Shown here: piece after piece, positions 37,688 to 49,034 of the stretch
How the letters are laid out: each line of letters begins with the position of its first letter
Numbering within the stretch: position 1 is the first letter of the stretch
Origin: an uncultured bacterium
GTDB lineage: Bacteria > Krumholzibacteriota > Krumholzibacteriia > JACNKJ01
Direction: 5' to 3'
Length of the DNA: 64,000 nt
NCBI GenBank assembly: GCA_963695095.1
Contig: CAVOFT010000001.1
Span: 2,816,001 to 2,880,000 of the forward strand
Notes under the pieces: generated by a model
The model's input: the letters and a program-made list of their open reading frames with translations, nothing else
Databases searched by the model: none
Told to the model about the DNA's origin: nothing
Program-made: the position numbers and the translations under genes

Positions 37688-38572
37688 ATGGACCAGGATC
37701 GGCGCGCGTTTCTCAAGTCCCTCGGCCTGGCTGGCCTCGGCGGCGCCCTGCCGAGCGCGACCCTGGCCAGCCGCTCCGGCGGCGATCACGGCGAGGACAT
37801 CGGCGTCCTGGTGGACAGCACCTTCTGCGTCGGCTGTCGCAAGTGCGAGTGGGCCTGTCGCGACACCAATGCGATGGCCAACCTCCCCATCGAGGACTAC
37901 GCGAATTCGGCGACCCTGTCGGCCTTGCGCCGGCCCGACGCCAGCTTGCACACGGTCGTCAACGCCTATGCGACCCCCGAGGGCGGCGATCCCCGCTTCG
38001 TGAAGTTCCAGTGCATGCACTGCCTGGAGCCGGCCTGCGCTAGCGCCTGCATCGTGGGTGCGCTCGAGAAGGATCCCGGCGGTCCCGTCCGCTACGACGC
38101 CGGCAAGTGCATCGGCTGCCGCTACTGCATGGTGGCCTGCCCCTTCCAGATCCCCACCTACGAGTACGACGAGCCGCTCACGCCTCGCGTCATGAAGTGC
38201 ACTTTCTGCTTCGAGAAGACCGTGGCCGCCGGTGGGCGGCCGGCTTGCGTCAGCATCTGCCCGGAAGGTTGCCTCATCTTCGGCGGCCGCGCCGACCTGA
38301 TCGACTACGCCCGCCGCCGCATCGCCAAGGCACCGAATCGCTATCACGACCACATCTACGGCGAGCACGAGGTCGGCGGCACGAGTTGGCTCTACCTGGC
38401 GGGCGCGCCGCTGACCACCCTGGGCTTCCCGGAGCTCGAGTCCGTGGCGCCCGGCCACTATACCGAGCGCGTGCAGCACGCGGTCTTCAAGAACTTCTTT
38501 CCGCCCCTGGCGCTCTACGGCCTGCTGGGGGGCATCATGTGGCTGAACCGCCGCGGAGCGGATGAGGAATGA
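37688..38572 (+). CDS. Tat-exported 4x[4Fe-4S] protein (HybA/HmcB-like) with a C-terminal membrane anchor
   Basis: DRRAFLK; CVGCRKCEWAC, QCMHCLEPACASAC, CIGCRYCMVACPF, KCTFC..PACVSICP; HIYGEHEVGGTS.LYL. Confidence 0.9.
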   Translation: MDQDRRAFLKSLGLAGLGGALPSATLASRSGGDHGEDIGVLVDSTFCVGCRKCEWACRDTNAMANLPIEDYANSATLSALRRPDASLHTVVNAYATPEGGDPRFVKFQCMHCLEPACASACIVGALEKDPGGPVRYDAGKCIGCRYCMVACPFQIPTYEYDEPLTPRVMKCTFCFEKTVAAGGRPACVSICPEGCLIFGGRADLIDYARRRIAKAPNRYHDHIYGEHEVGGTSWLYLAGAPLTTLGFPELESVAPGHYTERVQHAVFKNFFPPLALYGLLGGIMWLNRRGADEE

Positions 38573-39762
38573 GCAGCCACGAGGCGAAGCCCATCTTTCA
38601 CCCCCTGCGCACGCGGGGCATGCTGCTCACCCTGGCCGTGATTGCCCTCGGCGCCTACTTCGGCGCCCGCCGCTTCCTCTTCGGCATCGGCAGCACCACC
38701 AACCTCGACGACCAGTATCCCTGGGGGCTGTGGATCGGCTTCGACGTCGCTACCGGCGTCGCCCTGGCGGCAGGCGGCTTCACCAGCGCGGCTCTGGTCT
38801 ACATCTTCGGCAAGGAGCGCTTCCACGCCGCGATCCGACCGGCCCTGCTCACGGCGGCGCTCGGCTACACCTTCGTCGTGCTGGGCCTGCTGGCCGATCT
38901 TGGCCGCTACTGGGCGGTCTGGCATCCCATGCTGCCGTCGATGTGGAACGGCAACTCCGTGCTCTTCGAAGTCGGCATCTGCGTGATGATCTACCTCTCG
39001 GTGCTCTACGTGGAGTTTGCGCCCATCGTGCTGGAGCGCCTCGAGCAGGTGCTCAGTCCCCGCGGCCGCGCGCGGCGCGCGGTGGGCAGCCTCAAGCGCG
39101 GCCTGGATCGTGCCCTCTTCCTCTTCATCATCGCCGGTGTCGTGCTGTCCTGCCTGCACCAGTCCTCGCTGGGTAACCTGATGGTCATCGCGCCCAGCAA
39201 GATGAACGCGCTCTGGTGGACGCCCTTGCTCCCCCTGCTCTTCCTGCTCTCGGCCTTCGCCGTCGGCTTGCCGATGGTCATCTTCGAGTCGCTGCTGGCC
39301 TCGCGCGGCTTCCGCCGGCCCTTCGAGATGCACTTGCTCGTGCCCATTGCCCGCATCGCCGCGCCGCTGGTCGCACTTTACCTGGCCTTCAAGGTCGGCG
39401 ACCTCACGCTGCGCGAGGCCTGGGCCCCCGCCCTCCAGCCCACCGGCGCGGCGCTGGCGTTCTGGCTGGAGATGATCGTCGGACTCGTGCTGCCGGTGCT
39501 GGTCTTCGGCCACCCGCGCCTGCGCCGCCGTCCCGGCTGGCTCTTCGCCGGTGCTGCGGCCATGGTGCTGGGCGTCGCCCTGAACCGCATCAACGTCTTC
39601 ATCGTCGCCTACCGGCCGCCCTACGCCGAGCAGACCTACTTGCCCAGCTTCGGCGAATGGGCTGTCTCGGCCGGCCTGGTGGCCGCCTTCGTCCTCGTCT
39701 ACCGCCTCGCCGTCACCTACCTCCCGGTGCTGCCGACCGGCGAAGAGGAGAGTCACGCATGA
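38569..39762 (+). CDS. NrfD/PsrC-family integral membrane subunit (HybB/HmcC-like)
   Basis: TNL.DQYPWGLWIGFDV.TGVALAAGGF, DLGRYW, SVLFEV and LHQSSLG motifs. Confidence 0.9.
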   Translation: MSSHEAKPIFHPLRTRGMLLTLAVIALGAYFGARRFLFGIGSTTNLDDQYPWGLWIGFDVATGVALAAGGFTSAALVYIFGKERFHAAIRPALLTAALGYTFVVLGLLADLGRYWAVWHPMLPSMWNGNSVLFEVGICVMIYLSVLYVEFAPIVLERLEQVLSPRGRARRAVGSLKRGLDRALFLFIIAGVVLSCLHQSSLGNLMVIAPSKMNALWWTPLLPLLFLLSAFAVGLPMVIFESLLASRGFRRPFEMHLLVPIARIAAPLVALYLAFKVGDLTLREAWAPALQPTGAALAFWLEMIVGLVLPVLVFGHPRLRRRPGWLFAGAAAMVLGVALNRINVFIVAYRPPYAEQTYLPSFGEWAVSAGLVAAFVLVYRLAVTYLPVLPTGEEESHA

Positions 39763-40856
39763 ACACCCTGCGCGCGCTGCTGATCGTTGCCCTCTTGAGC
39801 TTGCCGGCCGCCGCCGGTGCCGCGGAATGCATCAAGTGCCATAGTTGCGAGAAGCCGACGCCGGCGGAGCCCTGCCTCAGCGACTGCCCCCGCGAGGGCC
39901 ACCAGCCGGGCTGGGCGGATTTCGCAGCCATGGACCTGCCGCAAACCTGCGTGCTCGATCAACTCGTCGATCGCTACGAGCCGGTCATTTTCAACCACGC
40001 GCAGCACGCCAAGATGTCGGGCATGGGCGGCTCGAGCTGCCGCCTCTGCCATCATGCCAACCCGCAGGGTTGGGTAGGCAACTGCTACGGCTGTCATCCC
40101 GCGCACCTGGCCGGGCGCCATGTCGGCGTGCCCGATTTGAAGACGGCCTATCACCGCCAGTGCATGTTCTGCCACAAGGAATGGAGCCACGAGACCAACT
40201 GCGAGGTCTGCCACGCCCCCCGGGGCAAGGGCACGCTGGCCGCCATGCCGCCCAAGAAGCCGAGCGACAAGATGCACGCCTTCCAGCACCGCGAACTGCC
40301 CAAGCGCGTGAGCTTCAAGACCAGCTACGAGCCCGCGCCCTACGTCACCTTCGACCACGACCAGCACACGGAGAACTACGGCCTCAGCTGCTTCGAATGC
40401 CACGGCAGCGACCAGTGCTCATCCTGCCATGATACCGATGCCACGAAATTCTCCCCGCGGCTGCATAACTTCAGCAACATCAATACCTGCACGAAGTGCC
40501 ATAATGCAGGGCGCTGCAGCACTTGCCACTCCCAGGAGGCCAATCGGACCTTCGACCACGCATACACCGGCATGCCCCTCAAGTCCTATCACAAGGACCT
40601 CGCCTGCGATCGCTGTCACGAGGATCGTCGCACGCATGGTCACATGCCGCGCGAGTGCCATGGCTGCCATGGCGAGTGGGGCGCCGACGACTTCAACGCG
40701 GCGAGCTTCGACCACGCTATGAAGGTGGGCGTGAATCTGCGGGAGTTCCACGAGGGCCTCGATTGCCAGGACTGCCACCCCGGCAAGGACTACGCCGCCG
40801 CGCCCATCTGCCACGAGTGCCACGACGACGCGATGGCGCCTAGCCGCCTGCGCTAG
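39759..40856 (+). CDS. Periplasmic multiheme cytochrome c with 13 CxxCH motifs (c3/Hmc-like)
   Basis: Sec signal. CIKCH, CRLCH, CYGCH, CMFCH, CEVCH, CFECH, CSSCH, CTKCH, CSTCH, CDRCH, CHGCH, CQDCH, CHECH; FNH..H and FDH distal His motifs. Confidence 0.92.
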   Translation: MNTLRALLIVALLSLPAAAGAAECIKCHSCEKPTPAEPCLSDCPREGHQPGWADFAAMDLPQTCVLDQLVDRYEPVIFNHAQHAKMSGMGGSSCRLCHHANPQGWVGNCYGCHPAHLAGRHVGVPDLKTAYHRQCMFCHKEWSHETNCEVCHAPRGKGTLAAMPPKKPSDKMHAFQHRELPKRVSFKTSYEPAPYVTFDHDQHTENYGLSCFECHGSDQCSSCHDTDATKFSPRLHNFSNINTCTKCHNAGRCSTCHSQEANRTFDHAYTGMPLKSYHKDLACDRCHEDRRTHGHMPRECHGCHGEWGADDFNAASFDHAMKVGVNLREFHEGLDCQDCHPGKDYAAAPICHECHDDAMAPSRLR

Positions 40857-41026
40857 GCGTTTCGCGAGACGGCCATCTCCGCCCTCTCCCCTCGGGCGGG
40901 GGCCAATGATCTCATTGACCCCCGCCCGCCGGCAGTTCATGCTGTTGTGGCTATTCAGAATCCACAGCCCCATTCGTGGCTGTGGCATGGTGGTTGGCAG
41001 GCGACTTGAAAGGATGGCTGGCAAGG

Positions 41027-42667
41027 ATGAAGACGCGCTCTCTCTTGAGTTCGGGGATGATCTGGCTCACGCTCCTGGTCGTGGCCTGTTCGAGCGACGA
41101 CAAGCCCACGGCGCCCGGTGAGGACAGCCCCATCGTCGGCAGCGTCAGCGGCATCGTGGCAGAGGCAGGGAGCGGCTCGCTCGCGGATGTGTTCGTCAGC
41201 CTCGGCTCGCGCACGACCCAGACCAACGAAGACGGCTGGTTCGTCTTCGTCGACGTGCCGGTCGCCAGCGACGCCGTGCTCGGGTTTGAAATGGATGGCT
41301 ACCTGGGCACCTCTCGCCGGGTGGACATCCTGGCCGGCGAGACGACCCACTTGCCCAGCGTCGAGCTGCTGCTGGTGGAGACGCTGTTTCTCGATGCCGT
41401 GGCCGGCGGCACGGCGAGCACCGGCGACGGCGATGGCTCGGCCAGCTTTCCCGCCAACGCCCTCGTGACCGCCACCGGATCCCCCTACACGGGCACGGCC
41501 GAGGTGCAGCTCAGCGTCGCGCTGCCCGAGGACGGCTTCTTCTACAATGCCTTCCCGGGCGACTTCGAGGGCGAGGCGGCGGGCGGCGGCACGGTTCCCT
41601 TCATTTCCTACGGGATCATGGGCGTGGAGCTGCGCGGAGCCCTGAGCGAGCCGCTCTTCCTGGCCGACGGCGTCACGGCCGAGCTCACCCTCCAGGTGCC
41701 GCCGGGGGCGAGGCGCTTGGCGCCCGCCACGATCCCGATGTGGTACTTCGACGAGGAGCGGGGCGTCTGGGTGGAGGAAGGCGAGGCGATCCTGGTGGGC
41801 GACACCTACGTCGCCGACGTCGAGCACTTCACCATCTGGAATTGGGACTTGCCGACCGCGGACATCTGCGAGATCACGGGACTGGTGCGGAATGCCCACG
41901 GCCTGCCCGTGTCCGGTGCGCGCATCTACTCGGAGGGCATCGGCTGCACCTTCGCCGATCAGGCCTACAGCGGCAGCGACGGACGTTTCAGCGTGCGGGC
42001 AATCAAGGACTGCTCGGCCGGACTGCACGCCATCAAGGGCACCGCCGCCAGCCAAACGGAGACCCTGGATGTCGGCACCGCGGACACACAGGCTCTACCC
42101 GATCCCCTGGTGCTGAGCCTGCCGGCCTTCTCCATCACCCTGAGCTGGGGTGCGGAGCCCGAGGATCTGGATTCCCACCTGCTCGTGCCCATGACCTGGA
42201 ATCCGGCCTACGATTTCTACCACATCTATTACGACAGCGAGGGTAGCCTGCTGGCGAATCCCTACACCAATCTCAATACGGACGATACGGACGGCATCGG
42301 CCCCGAGATCATCTCCGGCACGCAGCTCTACGCCGGCACCTATTCCTACTACGTGCACCACTACGATGGGCTGACCACGATCGCCGCCTCGCCGACGCGG
42401 GTCACGCTGCAGGCGAGCGGGATCTACCGCACCTGGAATGCCAGCAGCGCCACCGGCAGCTTCCATGACGGCGGCGGCTACGAGGGCAGCGACCAGAACT
42501 ACTACGAGGACTACTGGCACGTCTTCGATCTCGTCGTCAGCGCCCAGGGCGAGCTCAGCGTCGTCTCGCGCAACCGGGTGCTTGTCGACGCCGAAGACGG
42601 TCCGTGGTGGACCGCGGGCGTCACGATCTTCGAGGAGAGCCTGCGCGGGGCCACGAAGAGCCGCTAG
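41027..42667 (+). CDS. Lipoprotein with carboxypeptidase-regulatory-like domains and a YfaP-like C-terminal domain
   Basis: Lipobox VVAC. TNEDG.F.F, W.FDE..G.W.EEG, V.HFT.WNWD and ITLSWG..P.DLDSHL...DDTDG.GPE.I. Confidence 0.75.
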   Translation: MKTRSLLSSGMIWLTLLVVACSSDDKPTAPGEDSPIVGSVSGIVAEAGSGSLADVFVSLGSRTTQTNEDGWFVFVDVPVASDAVLGFEMDGYLGTSRRVDILAGETTHLPSVELLLVETLFLDAVAGGTASTGDGDGSASFPANALVTATGSPYTGTAEVQLSVALPEDGFFYNAFPGDFEGEAAGGGTVPFISYGIMGVELRGALSEPLFLADGVTAELTLQVPPGARRLAPATIPMWYFDEERGVWVEEGEAILVGDTYVADVEHFTIWNWDLPTADICEITGLVRNAHGLPVSGARIYSEGIGCTFADQAYSGSDGRFSVRAIKDCSAGLHAIKGTAASQTETLDVGTADTQALPDPLVLSLPAFSITLSWGAEPEDLDSHLLVPMTWNPAYDFYHIYYDSEGSLLANPYTNLNTDDTDGIGPEIISGTQLYAGTYSYYVHHYDGLTTIAASPTRVTLQASGIYRTWNASSATGSFHDGGGYEGSDQNYYEDYWHVFDLVVSAQGELSVVSRNRVLVDAEDGPWWTAGVTIFEESLRGATKSR

Positions 42668-42684
42668 CGCCGCCGCCAAGATCT

Positions 42685-42719
42685 GCGGCAGGAGTCGGGG
42701 AGCACCCGACTCCTGCCGC
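42685..42719. terminator. 15-bp perfect hairpin
   Basis: gcggcaggagtcggg-gagca-cccgactcctgccgc. Confidence 0.65.
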
Positions 42720-42740
42720 CAGTTGCCAGGAGTCGCCTCG

Positions 42741-43223
42741 ATGCCGGATCCGGGCCGCTACACCGATCGACCCCTGCCCCCCTATCGCTTTCTGCCCGGA
42801 CGCGCTGCGCACCCGACGCGCGATCCCGCGGGCCACTCCTTCGGGCTGCCCCCGACGGCGCCGGCCGACCTGAGCAGGGCGGATTGGCGCACGAACGCGG
42901 ACTTCCTCTTCGCCGCGGACCTCTTCAACCACCGCTTCTGGTGGGAAGCCCATGAGATCTTCGAGGCGCTCTGGCATGCGGCGGGGCGGCAGACGCCGAC
43001 CGGCCATTGCCTGCAGGCCCTCATCCAGTGCGCGGCGGTCCACCTGCAGGCCGAGCTTGGCCACCTGCGCGGTGCGCAGAGCCTCCTGCGCCGCGCGAGG
43101 CGCCATGCCGCCGCTGCCGGCGGCGGCAGCCTGGGCGTGGACCTCGCGGCGCTGCTCGAGGCCACCGGCCGCTTCGCGGCCGCTCCCGAAGGGGCCGCCG
43201 CGCGCCTCACGCTCGTTCCCTGA
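42741..43223 (+). CDS. DUF309 family protein
   Basis: LFN..FWWEAHE.FEALW and LQALIQ.AA motifs. Confidence 0.85.
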   Translation: MPDPGRYTDRPLPPYRFLPGRAAHPTRDPAGHSFGLPPTAPADLSRADWRTNADFLFAADLFNHRFWWEAHEIFEALWHAAGRQTPTGHCLQALIQCAAVHLQAELGHLRGAQSLLRRARRHAAAAGGGSLGVDLAALLEATGRFAAAPEGAAARLTLVP

Positions 43224-43295
43224 TCGCAGCGTCGGTGAACTTTCGGATTCACCCTTTCGCCCCAGCCGCCGATAAAGCTCCACGGAGGTGTGGCG

Positions 43296-43643
43296 ATGGA
43301 AAACAGACGCAAACATCGGCGCTATCTCATGTTTGACATGTTGTCCGTGGAGCTCGTCGACCGCGGCGCTTGCGTCGGCTACCTCATGGATCTCACGCCG
43401 GCAGGCCTGATGATGCGCAGCAGTTGCGCCCTCAAGCCGGGCACCCGCTACGGCCTGCGCGTCGAGCTGCGGGAGCCGATCGCCGGCGAGACCTGCCTCG
43501 CAGTGGCCGGCGACTGCCAATGGTGCCGGCGCGCGCCCAGCGGCGAAGGCTACAACGCGGGACTGCAGATCATCGCACCGACCGCGCAGGTCCTGGCCAT
43601 CATCGAGGCCCTGAGCCACCCGCAGGTGCCCGCGGGCGAGTAG
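43296..43643 (+). CDS. PilZ-domain protein
   Basis: RKHRR (RxxxR) and DLTPAG (DxSxxG-like) motifs; ggagg RBS. Confidence 0.82.
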   Translation: MENRRKHRRYLMFDMLSVELVDRGACVGYLMDLTPAGLMMRSSCALKPGTRYGLRVELREPIAGETCLAVAGDCQWCRRAPSGEGYNAGLQIIAPTAQVLAIIEALSHPQVPAGE

Positions 43644-43765
43644 CCGGCGCCACGGGCTGCCGGCCCAGCATGCGACCAGTGTGGGTTCCCACTCCCTGCT
43701 CGATGTGTTATGAAGGATCGGAGCGCCGAGGCGACGTCGCCCCGGCCGCGAGCAGGGGGTTCGAC

Positions 43766-44824
43766 ATGAGCTGGAGCGTTGGCGCGAGCGCGCTGATCAT
43801 CGGGGGCGGCGTCATCGCCCTCAGCCTTCTCCTGGGCTTTCTGTTGCGGCACTGGCTGCTCAGCCGCCTCGCCCGACTGGCTGCGGCGACGGCTTCCCAC
43901 GTCGACGATGCGATCGTCGGCTCGCTGGCGCGGTCGCTGCCGGTCTGGCTCCTGCTGGGTGGCCTCTTCATCGCGGCGCGCATCGTGGAACTGCCGCCCG
44001 CGGCAGCGACGGTCTTCGCCAAGCTCCTGACCGCCGGCTTGATCCTGTCGATCACCGTCTGGGCCGCGAATCTGGGCGTTGCTCTGCTCCGCACACCGGC
44101 GACGGCCGCCGGCACCGCCGCCCCCGCCACCGGCGTGCTGCGCTACGCCGTCAAGATCGTCACCTTCTCGGTCGGCGGGCTCGTGCTGCTCAGCAACCTC
44201 GGCATCGCGATCACGCCCGTGCTGACCACCCTGGGCATCGGCGGCCTCGCCGTTGCCCTGGCGCTCCAGGACACGCTCTCCAATCTCTTCGCGGGCATGC
44301 AGCTCACCCTGGCCGGCAACATGCGCGTGGGCGATTTCATCAAGCTGGAGACGGGCGAGGAGGGCTTCATCGACGACATCCACTGGCGGGTCACCCGCAT
44401 CAAGATGCTGCCCAACAACTTCGTGCTGATTCCCAATAGCCGCCTCGCGCAGAGCATCATCACCAACTACTACCAGCCCACCCAGGACCTCGCCGTGCTG
44501 GTGCCGGTGGGCGTGCACTACGCGAGCGACCTCGCCGAGGTCGAACGGGTGACCTGCGCCGTGGCCCGCACGATCATGCAGACCGTCGCCGGCGGCGTCC
44601 CCGACTTCGAGCCCTTCATCCGCTACAACGGCTTCGGCGACTCGAGCATCAACTTCAACGTCATCATGCGCGGCAACAGCTTCACGGACGCCTTCCTCAT
44701 CAAGCACGAGTTCATCAAGGCGCTGAGCCGCACCTACGCCGAGGCAGGCATCGTCATCCCCTACCCGATCCGGGCGCTCAATCTGGAGCAGGAAAAAGTG
44801 CGCGTGGAGCTGGCGGGGCGCTGA
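43766..44824 (+). CDS. mscS: Small-conductance mechanosensitive channel
   Basis: LGIGGLAVALALQDTLSNLFAG, VGDFI, I.WR.T.I and IPNS motifs. Confidence 0.92.
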   Translation: MSWSVGASALIIGGGVIALSLLLGFLLRHWLLSRLARLAAATASHVDDAIVGSLARSLPVWLLLGGLFIAARIVELPPAAATVFAKLLTAGLILSITVWAANLGVALLRTPATAAGTAAPATGVLRYAVKIVTFSVGGLVLLSNLGIAITPVLTTLGIGGLAVALALQDTLSNLFAGMQLTLAGNMRVGDFIKLETGEEGFIDDIHWRVTRIKMLPNNFVLIPNSRLAQSIITNYYQPTQDLAVLVPVGVHYASDLAEVERVTCAVARTIMQTVAGGVPDFEPFIRYNGFGDSSINFNVIMRGNSFTDAFLIKHEFIKALSRTYAEAGIVIPYPIRALNLEQEKVRVELAGR

Positions 44825-44833
44825 GCGCCCGCG

Positions 44834-45844
44834 CTAGTACAAGCTCTTCACCTGACTCCAGCTCGCGCGCGCGGCCGCCGTGTCCGTGCAGCCCTGGTCC
44901 CAGGCGCCGATGTGGAGGCCGCAGGGTGAATTCGCGGAGGTGCAAGGGGAGCTGCTGCGCAGCGTGAGATCGCCGCCCGGCGCATCGCAGTAGAGCGGAT
45001 CTTCGCTGATGTTCCCGTTGCTGCCCAGCTGATCGACGACGTCGCTGCTCCAGTCGCCGCCGGCATTGCCGTAGATGTCCGTGCAGCTGCACGCAAAGGT
45101 CCCGCTGCCGTAGGCGAACACCGCGCCGCCGGTGAGGCCGTCCGTGAACAGGCAGCGCTCCAGGCTCGCCGCCGCGTCGATCGTGACGATGGCGCTGGCG
45201 CGCACGTCGCAGCCATTGGCGGCGAAGGTGCACGCCGTGAAATCGGCATCGATGGCATAGAGGGCCACGGCACCGCCGTCGCGATAGGCGTGGTTGTCCA
45301 CGAAGGTGCAGCCGTTGACGACGAGGCTGCTGCCGCCGTAGCCGTAGATGGCGCCGCCGTCTTCGCCGGCGACATTGCCCTCGAACCAGCAGCCGTTGAG
45401 GACGACATCCGCGCCGCTCTCGCGGAAGTAGATAGCGCCTCCGTAGCCGCCGCCGACGTTGCCCACAATCCGGCAATCGTTCACTTCGGCGGCTGCATTC
45501 CAGAAGTAGATGGCGGGCCCGGAGGTGAAGCTGCCGCCGGTGATGACGAGGCCCTCGATCCGCGTGCCTGCGCCGGTGTCGACGAGCAGCAGGGCGCGAC
45601 TGTTGCCACCGGCGTCGATGGTGACGCAGTCGCCGATGCCGGTCTCCCCGCGCAGGGTGACCCCGGAGGGCAGGCCGAGGTCCCACTCCGCGTAAACGCC
45701 GCAGGCCACGAGTACCGTGTCGCCGGCCCCCGCTGCCGCCAGGCCGGCGGCGATGCTGGGCTGATCGGCGGGCACGTGAATCGTGGCCGCCTGGACGGCG
45801 GCGCTCCCGAGCAGGCCCAGCACGATCGCCATTCCCTTCTTCAT
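44834..45844 (-). CDS. Secreted right-handed beta-helix (Pmp-like GGAI/FxxN) protein with a WSQVKSLY tail
   Basis: Signal peptide; ATIHVPADQPSI, GGAIY repeats, GNIS.DPLYCD and SSPC. Confidence 0.85.
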   Translation of the reverse strand: MKKGMAIVLGLLGSAAVQAATIHVPADQPSIAAGLAAAGAGDTVLVACGVYAEWDLGLPSGVTLRGETGIGDCVTIDAGGNSRALLLVDTGAGTRIEGLVITGGSFTSGPAIYFWNAAAEVNDCRIVGNVGGGYGGAIYFRESGADVVLNGCWFEGNVAGEDGGAIYGYGGSSLVVNGCTFVDNHAYRDGGAVALYAIDADFTACTFAANGCDVRASAIVTIDAAASLERCLFTDGLTGGAVFAYGSGTFACSCTDIYGNAGGDWSSDVVDQLGSNGNISEDPLYCDAPGGDLTLRSSSPCTSANSPCGLHIGAWDQGCTDTAAARASWSQVKSLY

Positions 45845-45942
45845 CCCATCCTCCTCCTCGGCAATAGATTCGAGTTCATGATTCTAGCGCGGGCAGGCGC
45901 CGGGAGCAACCCCCAAGCCGCTTGGCCAGGCCGCCGCTCGCC

Positions 45943-46158
45943 CTACTCCCCCGCCCAGGTGAACACGTCTTCCACCGTCGACGCGAAGACCCTGGCAATG
46001 CGGAAGGCCAGGGCCAGGCTCGGCCCGTAGCGCTCCGCCTCGAGCGCCAGGATCGTCTGCCGCGAGACGCCGCAGCGATCGGCCAGCTCCTGCTGGGTCA
46101 TCTCGCCGTGCTCGAAGCGCAGGCGGCGGATGCGATTGCCGATGGGCGGCGGGCTCAT
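45943..46158 (-). CDS. XRE-family HTH regulator
   Basis: NRIRRLR..MTQQELA..GVSRQTI.ALE..RY.PSL.LAFRIA. Confidence 0.92.
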   Translation of the reverse strand: MSPPPIGNRIRRLRFEHGEMTQQELADRCGVSRQTILALEAERYGPSLALAFRIARVFASTVEDVFTWAGE

Positions 46159-46559
46159 TCGGCGACGTCCAGCGGGCGCGCGGCGAGCAGCAGCAGGGCA
46201 AGGGCCCGCGCGATCACCAGGCTCGCGAAGGCTCCCATCACGACCAGGGGCAAGACCCAGACGCCGACCGTGGCGACACCGGCCCGCGCGCGCGCGAACC
46301 ACAGGCCCATGCACATGGCGACCACGAAGAGGTAGGAGGCCGCGAAGCCGAATACGGCCGCGCGGCGGGCGAGGTAGCGCTCGCGCTCATCGCCCAGCTC
46401 GCGGCGGAACAGGAGCGGAGTCGCGCCCGTGAGCGCGAGCAGCGCCATGGCGGCCGGCGCCACCTTCGGGCTCACGGCGATGTGCAGCACCACGTAGGCA
46501 GCCACGGCGAGCAGCCCGACAATGAGCTGGTAGAGCGCGGATTTCTGTTGGGTGGACAC
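46155..46559 (-). CDS. DUF2178-like membrane protein
   Basis: Four TM helices with a DERE motif; ggagg RBS then GTG; ATGA-coupled to the XRE gene. Confidence 0.7.
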   Translation of the reverse strand: MSTQQKSALYQLIVGLLAVAAYVVLHIAVSPKVAPAAMALLALTGATPLLFRRELGDERERYLARRAAVFGFAASYLFVVAMCMGLWFARARAGVATVGVWVLPLVVMGAFASLVIARALALLLLAARPLDVAE

Positions 46560-46614
46560 TGGCGAGACCTCCTGCGATGAGAGGCCACCAGCATGGCAGA
46601 TCCTGCGACCGATG

Positions 46615-46633
46615 TAAAGTATTTCATACTTTA
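46615..46633. promoter_or_regulatory. Palindromic operator, probably bound by the XRE regulator
   Basis: TAAAGTAT-ttc-ATACTTTA perfect inverted repeat in an AT-rich patch upstream of the membrane/XRE operon. Confidence 0.7.
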
Positions 46634-46677
46634 TGTCGATCATTTCATACTCCGCCAGGGGGCGCCCTCCGCAAGCG

Positions 46678-46706
46678 AAAGCCCCCGTCCGCACCTGGAC
46701 GGGGGC
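46678..46706 (-). terminator. acs terminator
   Basis: gcccccgtcc-N6-ggacgggggc, followed by TTT on the minus strand. Confidence 0.6.
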
Positions 46707-46794
46707 TCTCTTTCTCTCGTGCGCGGGAGCTTGGGGCCGGGTCGCGCGCGTTGTTTCGCGCGCGAGAGGCCGCGAGCGAGCGCTCGCGAGCGCC

Positions 46795-48744
<1,950 letters not shown>

Positions 48745-49034
48745 GGTTCCGCTCCTCCTGGGTCACGGGTTGCTGTCTGCCTTCGCCGCCGCCGGGCGGG
48801 CGGGGCGGGATACCTGCAGGTGAGGCCGATAATGGGACCGATTTGTCCAGTTACCCGACTACGATACAACGGAAGAGGAGAAATCGCCAGTCTCCCCCGG
48901 GGATTTCCCGAGGGCTCCGCGGGAATCCCTGGCCCCGGCCGATGGGCCTTGCTACCTTGAGTGACGCGGATCCAGCCGCAGCCCAGGTGGCGCCGGCCGG
49001 AGATCGAAGTCGTTTCACAAGAAGGAGATCCGCC

